Shown one piece after another: positions 10,590 through 22,699 of a stretch of 64,000 bases of DNA (position 1 is its first letter; each line of letters starts with the position of its first letter). Source of the stretch: Squalus acanthias (taxonomy: Eukaryota); NCBI GenBank assembly GCA_030390025.1, contig JASTWF010000037.1, forward strand, positions 1,922,001 to 1,986,000, in the 5' to 3' direction. The notes under the pieces were generated by a model that did not search any database, was not told the DNA's origin, and saw nothing but the letters and a program-made list of their open reading frames with translations. Made by a program: the position numbers and the translations under genes.

Positions 10590-11877
10590 TGTAGGCTTCG
10601 CAAAATCCCCCAGAAACTCGAACAGAGCCCTAAAGGGAGTGATTTTTGGACCTTTCATACAAACTTGGGATGATGGGACCTAAGTGAAGTGATTTGATGT
10701 AAAAACCTCAGTTTTGGAAAGATCAGGGAAGAAAAACCCAGAGGAAACTGACTTTTGAATCTTACTGTTGGGAGAGACACCTTTCACAGACACAAGACAA
10801 GCTGCGGAGGGGCGTGGCCAGGCAGTGAACAGATTTGGGTATTGGGGCCCAATCAAGCTGTCTGGGAGATGTTTGCACTGCAATCCAACCAAGGAGGAAG
10901 AGCCTCATCCAAAACCTCACAAACACTTTCAAATATGAATAAACCAAGAACCCTATTGAAATCCCCAGGTCCAAACAGGATGCTGGAAATCTAAAAACGA
11001 TTCCTGACAATAAAACTTCCAGCACACAGTTTCATAGCCCATTATCCCATCAAAAACCCATCAGCCAAGTATCGACCAGAGCAGTTAAGAAAGCCCGCCA
11101 AAAGACCTAGGACAATAGGGTTGAGACTTGGCGCGTAGATAAGGCTGTGTTTAAATCGGAAAACGATCAAGACATGTTTAACACTGAGCTAAAGCCATCG
11201 GAACTGGCAAGCCCGCCAAAACTAGACAATGGACTAAGCAAGGTTCATTTGCAACCTAAAGGAATCCGTTTTAGTAAGGGGTTTTTTGGGCGCGAAAAAG
11301 AAACAGTATAATTGAAAGCCTGTCCCATAACTTCTCTCTCTTTCGGACTCGTTGACCACGCTGACACAGCTCTCTCCCTGCTCCAGCAAAAACCACCACA
11401 AGCCACGAGGAGGAAGGCCAGAAAACAGACCAGCACGCAAGAAGAAACCAGAGCGACTGCCTCAGTGACCATCGGACACCTCGCAGCAACAAGGGCCTTA
11501 CGGAGTCTTTTAAACAAAAGACTCTAAAATCCTGTCAAGGATTCGTTGGTGAGCATTATCCCTGATCTCCTGAAACCAAAAACCTAGCTAGATAGTGGGA
11601 TCTTTGGGAGGGATGAGGTTTTGTTTGATATATTGTCAATGTCCCTCGCTTGTACCGTGTGCTCCCCAATCTGTGTTTAAGTAATAAGTGTGTTTCAAGT
11701 TTGTTACCTTTTTCTTTTAATAAAGTAAAATTCTTTCATCAGAACCTGTCGTCTACTGCAATTTTGTTCACAACCCCTAAATAAGTCCAAAGTCTAGGAA
11801 CCAGAGGGGTGAGGGAGCGATTCGAACCGCTCACTGAGTCAGAAAGCGAAGGCTGACCCCATTACTACCCCCTTACA
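10590..11877 (+). mobile_element. Solo LTR family 1 (about 1.29 kb)
   Basis: TGTAGG...CCTTACA termini, 4-bp TSD GTAG (10586-10589 / 11878-11881), AATAAA 11719-11724. The site is empty in the gene 3-4 spacer (about 30237). Confidence 0.85.
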
Positions 11878-12839
11878 GTAGTGGTGTTAGAAACTCATGG
11901 CCAGGAGATGAATCGTGGAGGTGGGTTTATTTTCTACAGGTTCATGAAACTTTACTCAGTGCTCTGCTTTCCAGTTTCCCTACTGCCATTTTACTTTACA
12001 AGCCAAAAATAACTTCTCGGGAAGGGATGGATACCTCTTAAAATCTGGAGGGGAAGGGGAAATCGACACAATTTTCCAGGTCTAGTAAATCAAACCCCGG
12101 TTCATTTTATCTTGCGGAACTAAAACCTTACTGCAATAAACCTACACTAATGTCAAAAAGCAGAGCATTCTACATGCACAGGACAAAATTGGCTCCCTGT
12201 CACATCTGTCCCTAATCCCAGGTGTAGGATGGTCTGAGCTGAGAGGCTGATGGAGCTACTTTTAAATAACTTTACTGCATTTACCCTGCGTGGGCCCAGT
12301 CTGAGGATCGCCATCTTTTATACTCTGGCTGCTCCTCCCAATGCCCTGTCGATGCTGCTTGCTCGATTATGGGCTGTCTCCATGGTTACTGCATTGTACG
12401 ACAGCAACTGCCCACCACAACCTCATCAACTCCAAGTTACAGACCATAACTGTCCCAGTATTTTACATGGTGTGTCAGCAGGTGTATCAATAAAACCCAT
12501 CCCTGGGGACCTCCCCACGAGTCGGTGTAATGGTATTCTAGGGGGGCACAGCGGAGACACAGTATCAGCTGGTGTAAGCCCGTCAGCAGAGAATGGGACC
12601 CATTGACCCAGAAAGAAGGAGCTCTCGGAACCCAACCCAGCTACACTCGACTTCACTGGGAGATGTTGGATTCTGTCCTGGAAAATAAAGGGTCATTGCA
12701 TATTAGTGAACAATATGTTGGAGGATTCATTAATACAGGTGCATTCGTGAAGTGAGTGTTATCTCCTCCTGGTGTGAATTTTATTCTCATTGAGGTGAGA
12801 GACTTTAGTGCTGGAGAATGGGACACGTTCCAATTGGAG

Positions 12840-13414
12840 TGTACAGCATAGGTCAGATACAGAGTAAAGCTCCTTCTACACTGTCCCATCAAACACTCCC
12901 AGGGCAGGTACAGCACGGGTTAGATACAGAGTAAAGCTCCCTCTACACTGTCCCATCAACCACTCCCAGGGCAGGTACAGCACGGGTTAGATACAGAGTA
13001 AAGCTCCTTCTACACTGTCCCATCAAACACTCCCAGGGCAGGTACAGCACGGGTTAGATACAGAGTAAAGCTCCCTCTACACTGTCCCATCAAACACTCC
13101 CAGGGCAGGTACAGCACGGGTTAGATACAGAGTAAAGCTCCCTCTACACTGTCCCATCAAACACTCCCAGGGCAGGTACAGCACGGGTTCGATACAGAGT
13201 AAAGCTCCCTCTACACTGTCCCATCAAACACTCCCAGGGCAGGTACAGCACAGGTTAGATACAGAGTAAGGCTCCCTCTACACTGTCCCATCAAACACTC
13301 CCAGGGCAGGTACAGCACGGGTTAGATACAGAGTAAAGATCCCTCTACACTGTCCCATCAAACACTCCCAGGGCAGGTACAGCACGGGTTAGATACAGAG
13401 TAAAACTCCCTCTG
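12840..13414. repeat. 67-bp satellite (gggttagatacagagtaaagctccctctacactgtcccatcaaacactcccagggcaggtacagcac), about 8.5 units
   Basis: Near-identical direct tandem units at 67-bp period. Confidence 0.95.
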
Positions 13415-13454
13415 CTCTGCACAAACCAGGTACCAAATCCCAACCTCAGAGGAT

Positions 13455-13792
13455 CACACCCTATTAACCCCCTCCCTCAGAATACAAGTTCCCCCAGCTC
13501 CGGCCATTTGTGGATCCTCCCCTTCCTTCACTCCACCATTGGTGGCCGTAACTTCAGCCAAATAGGCCCCACCCTCTTGAATTCTCTCCCTAAGCCTCTG
13601 CCTCTCCACCTGTCTCTCCTCATTTACGATCCTGCTTAGAACCAAGAACTTTGACCAAGCTCTTGGCCACCCTTCCTAATATCTCCTTCTTTCACTCAGC
13701 GTCCATTTTTCTCTCATGACGCCAGTGTGAAGCACCTTGGGATGTTTTTCTGCATTAAAGGTGCGATATGATGATAAGTTGGTGTTGTTGTT
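13455..13792 (+). mobile_element. L2-type LINE 3' end fragment
   Basis: ccaccattggtggccgtaacttcagc...gtgaagcaccttgggatgttt...aaaggtgcgatat followed by a (GTT)n tail; similar in reverse to the element at 20783-21316. Paralogs at about 34676-35012, 45440-45779 and 56106-56448. Confidence 0.6.
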
Positions 13793-14204
13793 CCAGTGTG
13801 ACAGTCTCCATTTCCCATCGCTCCCTTTATCAGTCTGGATGAAACAGGACAATTGTAATTAGAGTGACTTTGCCTCTATTTTGGGGTTTTAGTTTAGATA
13901 GACTGTTTCCTCCTCGTGAAGTCCTTTCAGTTATCAGCAGGGACGGGGGAGCTTGTCCTGTTTTGCAGACTACGAGTTAGGGGCAATGGGTGAAGCTCAG
14001 TCCCATACTGATCATCTATAAGGGGTCCTCCCCACAAGGGACAGGGCACCACTAACAAGAACAAAGAGTCTGTCCGAACTAACGTCCCACAGTACATATC
14101 AACTGGTTAAGCTCCAACTTTTCAATCCGGTTCAATGAGGCAATGATCCCGTCTGGATCCGGCCACTTGTAGAAGCTTCTGGAAAACCCATTGGACTCCG
14201 AGTG

Positions 14205-14415
14205 TTTGCGCGCCAGGCTCCCTGGAGAGGGAGCGGGCAGTGCCCACCGGTACACTCGAGGCCTCCCGCAACCGGTGGGCACCGCAGGGACTGGAGAGTC
14301 TTATCGACACCAGTAATAATATTATCATTTACTTTTATGAGTTTTCTTTTGTTTTGTCGAAAGAGCATTCTATGTTTGAGTTCCTTTATTAGTTGTACCG
14401 CCTTAAAGAGGAGGC
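14205..14415 (+). mobile_element. Tx1 LINE ORF2 C-terminus and 3'UTR fragment
   Basis: SLERERAVPTGTLEASRNRWAPQGLESLIDT matches ALEMEHAVSASTLEAFRDRWAPRELECIIT of the Tx1 at 1651-1925. Paralogs at about 36200-36405, 46195-46400 and 57640-57845. Confidence 0.7.
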
Positions 14416-14496
14416 CAGGAGTAAATCCGTTCCTCTGTTGATGACACCGGGACAACCCCTGTCATTTTATGGATCAATTAGAAAAACATCCACATT

Positions 14497-14895
14497 AGAC
14501 CTAGGAACAGGAGGAGGCCATTCAGCCCCTCGAGCCTGTTGTGCCATTCAATGAGATCATGGCTGATCTGGGACCTAACTCCATATACCCGCCTTTGGCC
14601 CATGTCCCTTAACACCTTTGGTTAAACAAAATCTATGAATTTCAGCTTTAACATTAACAATTGACCCAGCACCAATTGCCATTTGTGGAAGAGAGTTCCA
14701 AACTTCTACCACCCTTTGTGTGTAGAAATGTTTCCTAACTTCACTCCTGAAAGGTCTGGCTCTAATTTTTAGACTATGCCCCCTAGTCCTAGAATCCCCA
14801 AACAGCGGAAATAGTTTCTCTCTATCACCCTATCAGTTGCCCTTAATATCCTGAAAACTTCGATCAAATCACCCCTTAACTTTTGAAATTCCGAG
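14497..14895 (-). mobile_element. CR1 3' fragment upstream of type B promoters
   Basis: aggaggaggccattcagcccctcgagcctg CR1 3' terminal motif. Paralogs at about 36489-36886, 46484-48545 (split by an LTR) and 57928-58327. Confidence 0.75.
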
Positions 14896-14964
14896 CTTTT
14901 CACCATTGAGAAAGTACTCTGGATCCAAAGTGGATGACTATTGTATTAATGGTGCCCATCAAAA

Positions 14965-15062
14965 TTAACCCATGTGATGCTCATTTCTGTCAGGTGACAT
15001 CAGATCAACTCAGTGCCACTCCGATTGGTCCAATTTAAATTGGCCCTCCTGGCAATAAATCC
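14965..15062 (+). promoter_or_regulatory. Type B ZP3 proximal promoter (E-boxes plus triple CCAAT)
   Basis: CATGTG 14971, CAGGTG 14991-14996, ATTGG 15024-15028, palindrome CCAATTTAAATTGG 15030-15043. No canonical TATAAA. Confidence 0.6.
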
Positions 15063-15151
15063 ATGAGTTCTGTCATTGGGTAGAAATTGTGGAGATTGGG
15101 GCTAAAAGGTCCTGGTTGGTGGGTGAAGGGATAGTTGAGTTGTTTAGTATC

Positions 15152-18100
15152 ATGGGGGATTTTGTAGTGAGGGGTTTGCTCCCAGTGCTGGTGTTAGTTG
15201 GTGCTGTTTGTTCCTCTGATATTTGGCAACAGTTTCGGGGCCACAGGTTTCAATGGAGAAGAGTAAAAGCCACCCCTGGGCCTCAGAGAGTCCCTCCTCC
15301 TGGGTCTCCCTTTGGCTCCGGTCTCAGTGTGTCTGAGGGGCGCAGTGTGTTTCCACTGCAGACTGTGATGGTGCAGTGTGGAGAGCGCAACCTGCTGGTC
15401 AGGGTAAACATGGATTTATTTGGAACCAGACACCTGATTAAAGCTGCTGACCTGACCCTGGGGATGGCAGGTTGTCGGCCAACTGGGATCTACTCTCAGA
15501 ACCACACCGTCCTGTTTCACTATGGGCTCCATGAATGTGGCAGCACAGTGAAGGTGATGTGATTCCTCAACTCTTGCTCTAAGCTTGGTGTCTGGATTAG
15601 ACCCAACTCTTTATTCCTACCCTTGGTGAAATGTCATTGATGTTGAGATTCCTGCTTTTAAAACCTCAGACTTGTGTTGCATTATATATTCTTTGCTCTA
15701 ACTGGTCTTCCCAAGTCTCTCCAACCTTGTGATCACAGTTCTATTGGCCTTGAGCCTTGACTTGGTTCTTCCATACATCCTGTCTTGTGGATTTTCAGGT
15801 CACTGGGGATTCAGTTTAATGGTTCAGTTATTTACAATTTTCAGTTTTAACTCCCTGTATCAGAACAGAGGGGAGCCTGGATTAAATGAGGCTTAAATCT
15901 GGTTTTATTAATTTATCCAAATTTTTAGCAACCTGTGTCTCCTTTATTGAAGTGAAGCTGTCCTTTCATTGAGTCTTTTATTCTGTTTGATTGTCTTGTG
16001 CTTGCAATCCCCCTCCTTGCATTAGCTGCTGAGGCTGCACAACTTCCAACCACCTGAGTAGAATGTTGTCCATTTCTGAACCTGATGTCTTTCAGATGTC
16101 TGGAGATTTCCTGGTCTACGCCACCCACCTGAACCACACCCCCAAGGCCCATGGATCTGTCATTGTGAGAACTAATGGAGCTGTTGTTCCCATTGAGTGC
16201 CACTATTTTAGGTAAGATTCTTTACACTGTTGCAAATAATATCTACAGCTGGTGTAGTTCTCTGACCTTGTCCTAAAATGGCTCCATTGTCTTTCCAGGA
16301 AGGGCAATGTGAGCAGTAACCCGATCAAGCCCACCTGGATCCCGTTCAGCTCCACCAAGTCTGGCGAGGGGTTTCTGTCATTCTCTCTGCGTCTAATGAC
16401 TGGTATGTGATGGGTGGATGGGGAGTGATTTCCTGTAGTCACCCACTGGGAGTTGTACCCACTGTCTCCAACCCTTGTCCCTCTTGTACTTCAGATGACT
16501 GGCTCACAGAGCGCACCTCGACTGTCTACTACCTGGGTGACCTCATTCACATTGAGGCCTCTGTTTCAATGACCAACCACATGCCCCTGAAGCTCTACAT
16601 TGACCGCTGTGTCGCTACCTTGAGCCCAGACAAGGACTCCACCCCGAGGTACAGCATCATTGACTACAATGGGTAAGGAGAGCTCTGCTTTCTCCAGCTG
16701 GTCCTGTCTCTGTGACTTCTCTTGATTCACTCCATGTCCCTTCTCTTAAAAATTATTTCTCCAGTTGCCTCCTGGACAGCAAAGCTGAGGACTCCTTCTC
16801 AACCTTTGTGTTGCCAAGAGACGAGCGTGAGCTGGACAAGCTCCACTTTGACCTGGATGCGTTCCGCTTCTTTGGAGATGACCGTTCCTTGGTAAGAGGA
16901 AGCTGACCATTGCAAAGTATTTACAGGCCATTCGGCCCAACTGGTCTATGCTGATGTTTATGCTCCACACGAGCGTTCTTGACCCATCTTCATCCAACCC
17001 CATCACCATCTCCTGCTAGTCCTTTCTCCATGTTCTTGTCTAGCTTCTGCTTAAGTGCATCTGTGCTATTTGCTTCAACCACTCCATGTGGTAGCGAGTT
17101 CCACATTCTAGCCACTGTCTGTGGAGATTTTTCTCCTGAATTCCTTATTGGATTCATTAGTTACGACCTTGTATTTATGGCCCCTAGTTCTGGTCTCTCC
17201 CACCAATGGAAACATCTGTCTATTCTATCAAACCTTTTCATAATTTTAAACATCAGGTCACCCCTCAGTCTTTTTTCTAGAGAAGAGCCCCCAGCCTGAT
17301 CAATCTTTCCTGATGGGTATAACCTCCTGGGTTTGCTATCATTCTATTAAAGCATTTTTCTCTTTCTCCAGTTTCTCTCTATCCTTCTTGTATGGAGACC
17401 AGAACTGTTCACAATATGCAGTGTGATCTAACCAGGGTTCTATACAAGTTGAACAGAACTTCACTGCTTTTCAATTCTATCCCTTGAGAAATGAACCCGT
17501 ACTTTATTTTATTTATGGCCGCCTTAACATGTGTCGCTTCCTTTGGTGGTCTAGGTATCTGTACCCGAAGATCCCTCCTGTTTCGCTTCCCCTCTTTATT
17601 TTCCAAGGAGTATGTGGCCTCTTTATGCTTCCCACCAAAATTTGACTTCACATTTGCCTATACTGGAACTTCATTTGCCCATTACAAGCCCATTCTGCAG
17701 GTTTATTCATGTCTAGCTGTATTTTTGTTGCAGTCCTGCTCTATTAACTACACCCACTGCCTCCCAATTTGGTGTCACTTGCAAATTTTGAAATTGTACT
17801 TTGGATTCCCAAGTCTAAATTGTTTGTGTAAATGGTGAACAACAGTGGTCCCAGCACAGATCACTGGAACCCTACTTCCCACCATTTACCAATCTGTGTA
17901 ACTACCTCTAACTGCCACTCACTGTTCTGATTTATAATCAGCTTGTGATCCATCCTGTTACTTGTCCACCCTGACACCACATGGTCATTGAGTTCCCAAG
18001 TTGGGAGGGAGTCACTGAATAACAGCTTGTGTTGAATGTGTCCCTCAGATTGTCATCACCTGTCACCTGAAGGTTGCTGCAGTGGATCGGAGAGATTCCA

Positions 18101-18753
18101 TGAGCAAAGCTTGTACTTTCCAGAAGATGCAGAATTTGTAAGTTCCCCCTCTCTCCCTCGTGGATGTGTTGTGGAGAAGTGATGCCCAACCTGATTGTGA
18201 AACTGATTCTCTTGTTTAGCTGGACCCCATTGGAAGTATCCAACAATGACGTTTGTGCCTGTTGTCATTTGGGCAACTGCAGTGCCACAAGGGAGTTTGG
18301 ATTTGATTCCAGAGGAAGGAGGGATCTTGTACCTGAAGCTGGTAGGACATTGATCCTCTAGATGTTGGAGTTTGCCCTTTACCCTCTCTAACTGGAATGT
18401 TTGATACTGCAGGGAGTGATGCTGAATTGAAGTGGGAGGGTGAGGCCTCACTTGGACCCCTGGTCATTCTGGACACTGATGTGACAGACCTGGCAACTGA
18501 GTCCCTTCATGAGGTTGAGCAACGGATGCAGGAGAGGTCTCCAGGTGGTGAGTTGGCCGACTGCTAGTTTCCATTTCCCCCTCAGTATTTCCTTCACTCA
18601 CTGTTGGTTTCTCATTGCTTTTTAGGTGCGGAGTCTGAGGTGGTCCTGATGGTGGCCCTGACTGTGACAGCTGTCTCTCTGATCTCTGCTTCTTTGATCG
18701 CCTTGTTCCTGTACAGGAAACACAAGCAAAGCCTGTTAACAACTTGTGATTAA
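15152..18753 (+). CDS. ZP3: ZP3-like copy 2 (type B N-terminus), 466 aa
   Basis: Exons 15152-15553, 16096-16211, 16299-16402, 16495-16672, 16765-16891, 18049-18137, 18220-18341, 18413-18547, 18626-18753. Stop TAA overlaps AATAAA. Confidence 0.93.
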
Positions 18754-19199
18754 TAAAGTGGTGAAATTAGCACATAATCTAATGGTTATTACTTTCCTTT
18801 GGTCATTGCTTAAGGCTGGCGATTTGCGTTCTGAATACGGGAAGTTTTCCATATTTATTTACTTCCATTAATGATTCTTGACCCAGTGGCATGCCTGCTG
18901 AGTGCATTTAAGCTTTTCACCAGATATCAAGCTACTGGGGTATCTGTGCCCCATTTCACTAGTTTATTAACAGCAACTTGGCAGTGTTTGCCTGGAGCTA
19001 GTTATCTTGGACTGCCCTTTGTCTCTTGTTAAGGAGGTTTGTGGGACTCTTTGTGGACCTGACTATTGAGTCCCATGAAATTGCAACGTTCCTGGAAATT
19101 TTCATGCTGGGATTAGTTTGTTACTAAAAGTGGAGGTTGTTTAGTCCTCTATAACTGACTGGGATAATGAGTCTAAATGGGGTAGATTTCCATATTATA

Positions 19200-19662
19200 A
19201 AAATGATAGAGGCACTAGCAAGGGTGCAAAAAAAAATGTACTAGGATGATACCAGAACTGAGATTATACTTATTAGGAAAGATTGACCTGGTTGGGATGC
19301 CTTCTCTAGGAAAGAGAAGGCTGAGGGTGTTTAAAATTATGACGGTCAGATGTAGAGATGTTTCCACTTGTGGGTAAGACCAGAGCTAGGGCCGTAACTA
19401 CAAGGTAGTAACTAACTAATGAATCCAATATTGAATTCAGGAGAAACTTCTTTACCCAGAGAGTGGTGAGAATGTGGAACTCGCTACCACGGAGTGGTTG
19501 AGGCGAATAGTATAGATACATTTAAGGGGGAGCTCTAAGCATGAGGGAGAAAGGAATAGAAGCAGATGCTGATGGGGAGAGATGAAGGGGTGGGAGGAGG
19601 CTCGTGTGGAGCATAAACACTGGCCTGGACTAGTTGGGCTGAATAACCTGTTTCTGTGCTGT
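19200..19662 (+). mobile_element. CR1 3' fragment
   Basis: gagaaacttctttacccagagagtggtgagaatgtggaactcgctacc ([15 protein letters not shown]). Confidence 0.75.
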
Positions 19663-19734
19663 CGGTGGCTTGTTAACCTGCAGGATTAGTCACCTGAGGA
19701 ATTGCATCTCAGAAGGCCCCTTAAATGGCTTTAG

Positions 19735-20101
19735 GTGTTGGTCGTGGCTCAGTGGACAGCATTCTAGCCTGAGTCAGAAGGTCGTAGGTTCAAATTCCAC
19801 TATAGAAAACTTGTAGTACAAATCCAGGCTGACACTCCCAGTGCTGCACTGTCAGAGGTGCCATCTTTCAGATGAGAAGTTAAACCGAGGCCACTTCTGC
19901 CCCCTCGGGTGGATGTACAAGATCCTATGGCACTTTTGGAAGAAGAGCAGGGGAGTTCTTCTCTCTGACCAATTGTTATCCATCAGCCAACATAAGATGA
20001 TCTGGCCATTATCACATTGCTGTTTGTAGGCTCTTGCTGGCTGCCATGTTTCTGACAACCGTGACTACATTTCAAAAGTAACTCAATGGTTATGAAGTGC
20101 A
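19735..20101 (+). mobile_element. tRNA-derived DeuSINE (SacSINE1/AmnSINE-like), degenerate
   Basis: A-box gtggctcagtgg, B-box ggttcaaattcc, and a Deu-like core ggtgccatctttcagatgag..aaaccgagg..aagatcctatggcact. Confidence 0.75.
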
Positions 20102-20104
20102 TTT

Positions 20105-20512
20105 TTTTATTCGTTCATGGGATGTGGGTGTCACTGGCAAGGCCAGCATTTATTGCCCATCCCTAGTTATCCTTGAGAAGGTGGTGGTGGTGGTGGTGGT
20201 GAGCTGTCTTCTAGTCCAGCTGCAGTCAGTGTGCTGTTAGGGAGGGAGTTCCAGGATTTTGACCCAGCGATGATGAAGGATCAGCGATATACTTCCAAGT
20301 CAGGATGGTGTGTAACTTGGAGGGGAACTTGGAGGTGGTGGTGTTCCCATGGGCCTGCTGCCCTTGTCCTTCTAGCTGGAAGAGGTCGCGGGTTTGGGAG
20401 GTGCTGCTGAAGAAGCCTTGGCGAGTTGCTGCAGTGCATCTTGTAGATGGTACACACTGCAGCCACGGTGCGCCGGTGATGGAGGGAATGAATGTTTAAG
20501 GTGGTGGATGGT
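20105..20512 (-). mobile_element. CR1-group LINE 3' end (second family)
   Basis: Minus strand TTLNIHSLHHRRTVAAVCTIYKMHCSNSPRLLQQHLP is typical of a CR1/L2-group ORF2 C-terminus; A-rich tail at about 20102-20110. Confidence 0.6.
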
Positions 20513-20782
20513 ACAGCCCGAGCCTGGGTATGGTGCTGTACAAATAAAATGTTCTTTCTAAACATCTCTGACGTGAGTGTGGGACCTACAATAAAAAATA
20601 ATTATGCCTAACCAACGTACTAGGTCCCCAATTGGGATTCAGTTGCCATACTGGATCTCCAACAGCAGGTGGGGTTAGAATCCACACCAACTTAACAGGC
20701 ACACTTTTGTATCTCTAGTGGCCGACCCTGGCCAGTGACTGCTGGCTGAAATCTGCAGCAGAACTGTTGTGAATGCTTAACC

Positions 20783-21316
20783 ACTTGCATTTATGTAGCA
20801 CCTTTACCGTAGTAAAATGTCCCAAGGTGATTCACAGAAGTGCTATCAAATAAAATTTGACTCTGAGCCACATAAAGAGATATTAGGGCATTTGACCAAA
20901 AGCTTGGTGAAAGAGGTAGGTTTGAAGGAGCAGGGAGCGCTGGCGAGGTTTAGGGAGGGAATTCCAGAGCTTAGGGCCCAGGTAGCTGGAGGCACGGCCG
21001 CCAATGGTGGAGCGATTGAAATCGGGGATGCTCAAGAGGCCAGATTTGGATGAGCGCAGAGTTCTCGGAGGGTTGTGGGGCTGGAGGAGGTTATAGAGAT
21101 AGGAAGGGGGCGAGGTCATGGAGGGATTTCAAAACAAGGATGAGAATTTTAAAATCGAGGTGTTGCTTAACTGGGAATCAATGTAGGTCAGCGATGGGTG
21201 AATGGGACTTGGTGCGAGTTAGGATGCGGGCAGCAGAGTTTTGGATGGCCTCAAGATAATGGAGGGTGGAGTGTGGAAGGCCAGCCAGGAGTGCGTTGGA
21301 ATAGTCGAGACTACAG
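20783..21316 (-). mobile_element. L2 LINE 3' fragment
   Basis: Minus strand PSYLYNLLQPHNPPRTLRSSKSGLLSIP...IGGRASSYLGPKLWNSLP is an L2 ORF2 C-terminus. Confidence 0.8.
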
Positions 21317-21655
21317 GTGAATAGAGATGTGGCAGTCAGTCTCACCTGGGTTTAGTGAGTGTCTACACAAAGCCTCATGCACAACAAACAAAAAGTTGAT
21401 GTGCATTTATACTGGAGTCTCCCAATACATCTGTATAATCACAAAGGCTCTTGTTTGGGTAAATCAGTTAACATTTTATTCACACCCAGGGCCCCACCCC
21501 TGCAAAGAGCTGCCATCAAAGCCCAGTTGATGTATTATTTTGTGGGTCTGTGCTGGGGTTAGATGCCCTCCAGGGTTGTCCCAGAGTCTCCAGGAATTAA
21601 AAGATTCATCTCCGGGAGCGCGGCACTCCCTGAGATGACGAAAGGTGCGGTATTC

Positions 21656-22075
21656 CCAGAAGGTTGTGGGTTCGAGTCCCACTCCAGAGACTGGAGCACA
21701 TTAATCCAGGCCGACACTCCCGGTGCAGTGCTGAGGGAACGCCGCACTGTCGGAGGTGCCGTCTTTCGGATGAGACGTTAAACCGAGGCCCCGTCTGCTC
21801 TCAGGTGGACGTAAAAGATCCCATGGCACTATTTTGAAGAAGAGCAGCGGAGAAGTTCTCCTCGGTGTCCTGGGGCCAATATTTATCCCTCAATCAACAT
21901 CACTAAATACAGATGATCTGGTCATTATCGCATCGCTGTTTGTGGGAGCTTGCTGTGCGCAAATTGGCTGCCGCGTTTCCTACATTACAACAGTGACCAA
22001 ACTTCAAAAAGTACTTCATTGGCTGTAAAGTGCTTCGGGATGTCCGGTGGTCGTGCAAGTCGCTTATAAATGCAA
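21656..22075 (+). mobile_element. DeuSINE (SacSINE1-like)
   Basis: B-box gggttcgagtccc; core ggtgccgtctttcggatgagacgttaaaccgaggcc...aaagatcccatggcact; L2-like tail. Confidence 0.85.
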
Positions 22076-22125
22076 GTCAGTCTTTCTTATAACTCCTTCT
22101 ATAATCATGTAGATTGGGAGATAGA

Positions 22126-22567
22126 CTTGCATTTCTACAGCGCCTTTCATGACCTCAGGATGTCCCAATGCGCTTTACAGCCAATGAAGTACTTTTGAAG
22201 TGTGGTCACTGTTGTAATGTGGGTAACGCGGCAGCCTGTTTGCGCACAGCAAGCTCCCACAAAAAGCAATGTGAAAATGACCAGATAATCTGTATTTAGT
22301 GATGTTGATTGAGGGATAAATATTGGCCCCAGGATACTGGGGAGATCTTCCCTGCTCTTCTTCCAATAGCAGCCGTAGGATCTTTTACGTCCACCTGAGA
22401 GGGACCTCGGTTTAACGTCTCATCCAAAAGACGGCACCTCTGACAGTGCAGCACTCCCTCAGCACTGCACTGGGGAGTGTCAGCCTGGATTTTGTGGTCA
22501 AGTCTCTGGAGTGGGGCTTGAACCCTCAACCTTCTGACTCTGAGGCGAGAGTGCTACCAGCTGACAC
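22126..22567 (-). mobile_element. DeuSINE (SacSINE1-like), inverted relative to its neighbour
   Basis: Reverse complement of the 21656-22075 element, including the tRNA head (ggcttgaaccctcaaccttctgactctgaggcgagagtgctacc on +). Confidence 0.85.
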
Positions 22568-22699
22568 CTTTAAGATAATCTACTGTTGGGGCAGGTTTAT
22601 GAAGAACATGTGCAATTATATGGTTCCTCACCACATTAAAATGCCTCACAACACTTCAGGCAGTGAATTACATTTGAAGATCAGAGACCCTTCTGCCTG

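Noticed and set aside
10680-11527. Short ORFs inside the solo LTR as gag/env remnants
   Set aside because: No retroviral motifs; they lie between TG...CA termini with a TSD, consistent with non-coding LTR.
12840-13414. Regular repeats as a possible CRISPR array
   Set aside because: There are no unique spacers; this is a contiguous tandem satellite in a eukaryotic genome.
15089-15151. Upstream extensions of type B exon 1 ORFs (MEIGAKRS..., MVGEG...)
   Set aside because: They begin at non-ATG codons. The ATG at 15152 aligns with the type A start and precedes the signal peptide.
17938-18742. Repeated minus-strand ORFs over ZP3 exons 6-9 as an antisense gene
   Set aside because: No domain similarity, lengths differ among copies, and they are explained as the antisense of coding exons.
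19740-19800. tRNA-like A/B boxes as tRNA genes
   Set aside because: They are SINE heads continuing into the Deu core; no complete cloverleaf.
21626-21650. ctgagatgacgaaagg as a hammerhead core
   Set aside because: It lacks CUGANGA spacing, stem II and flanking stems.
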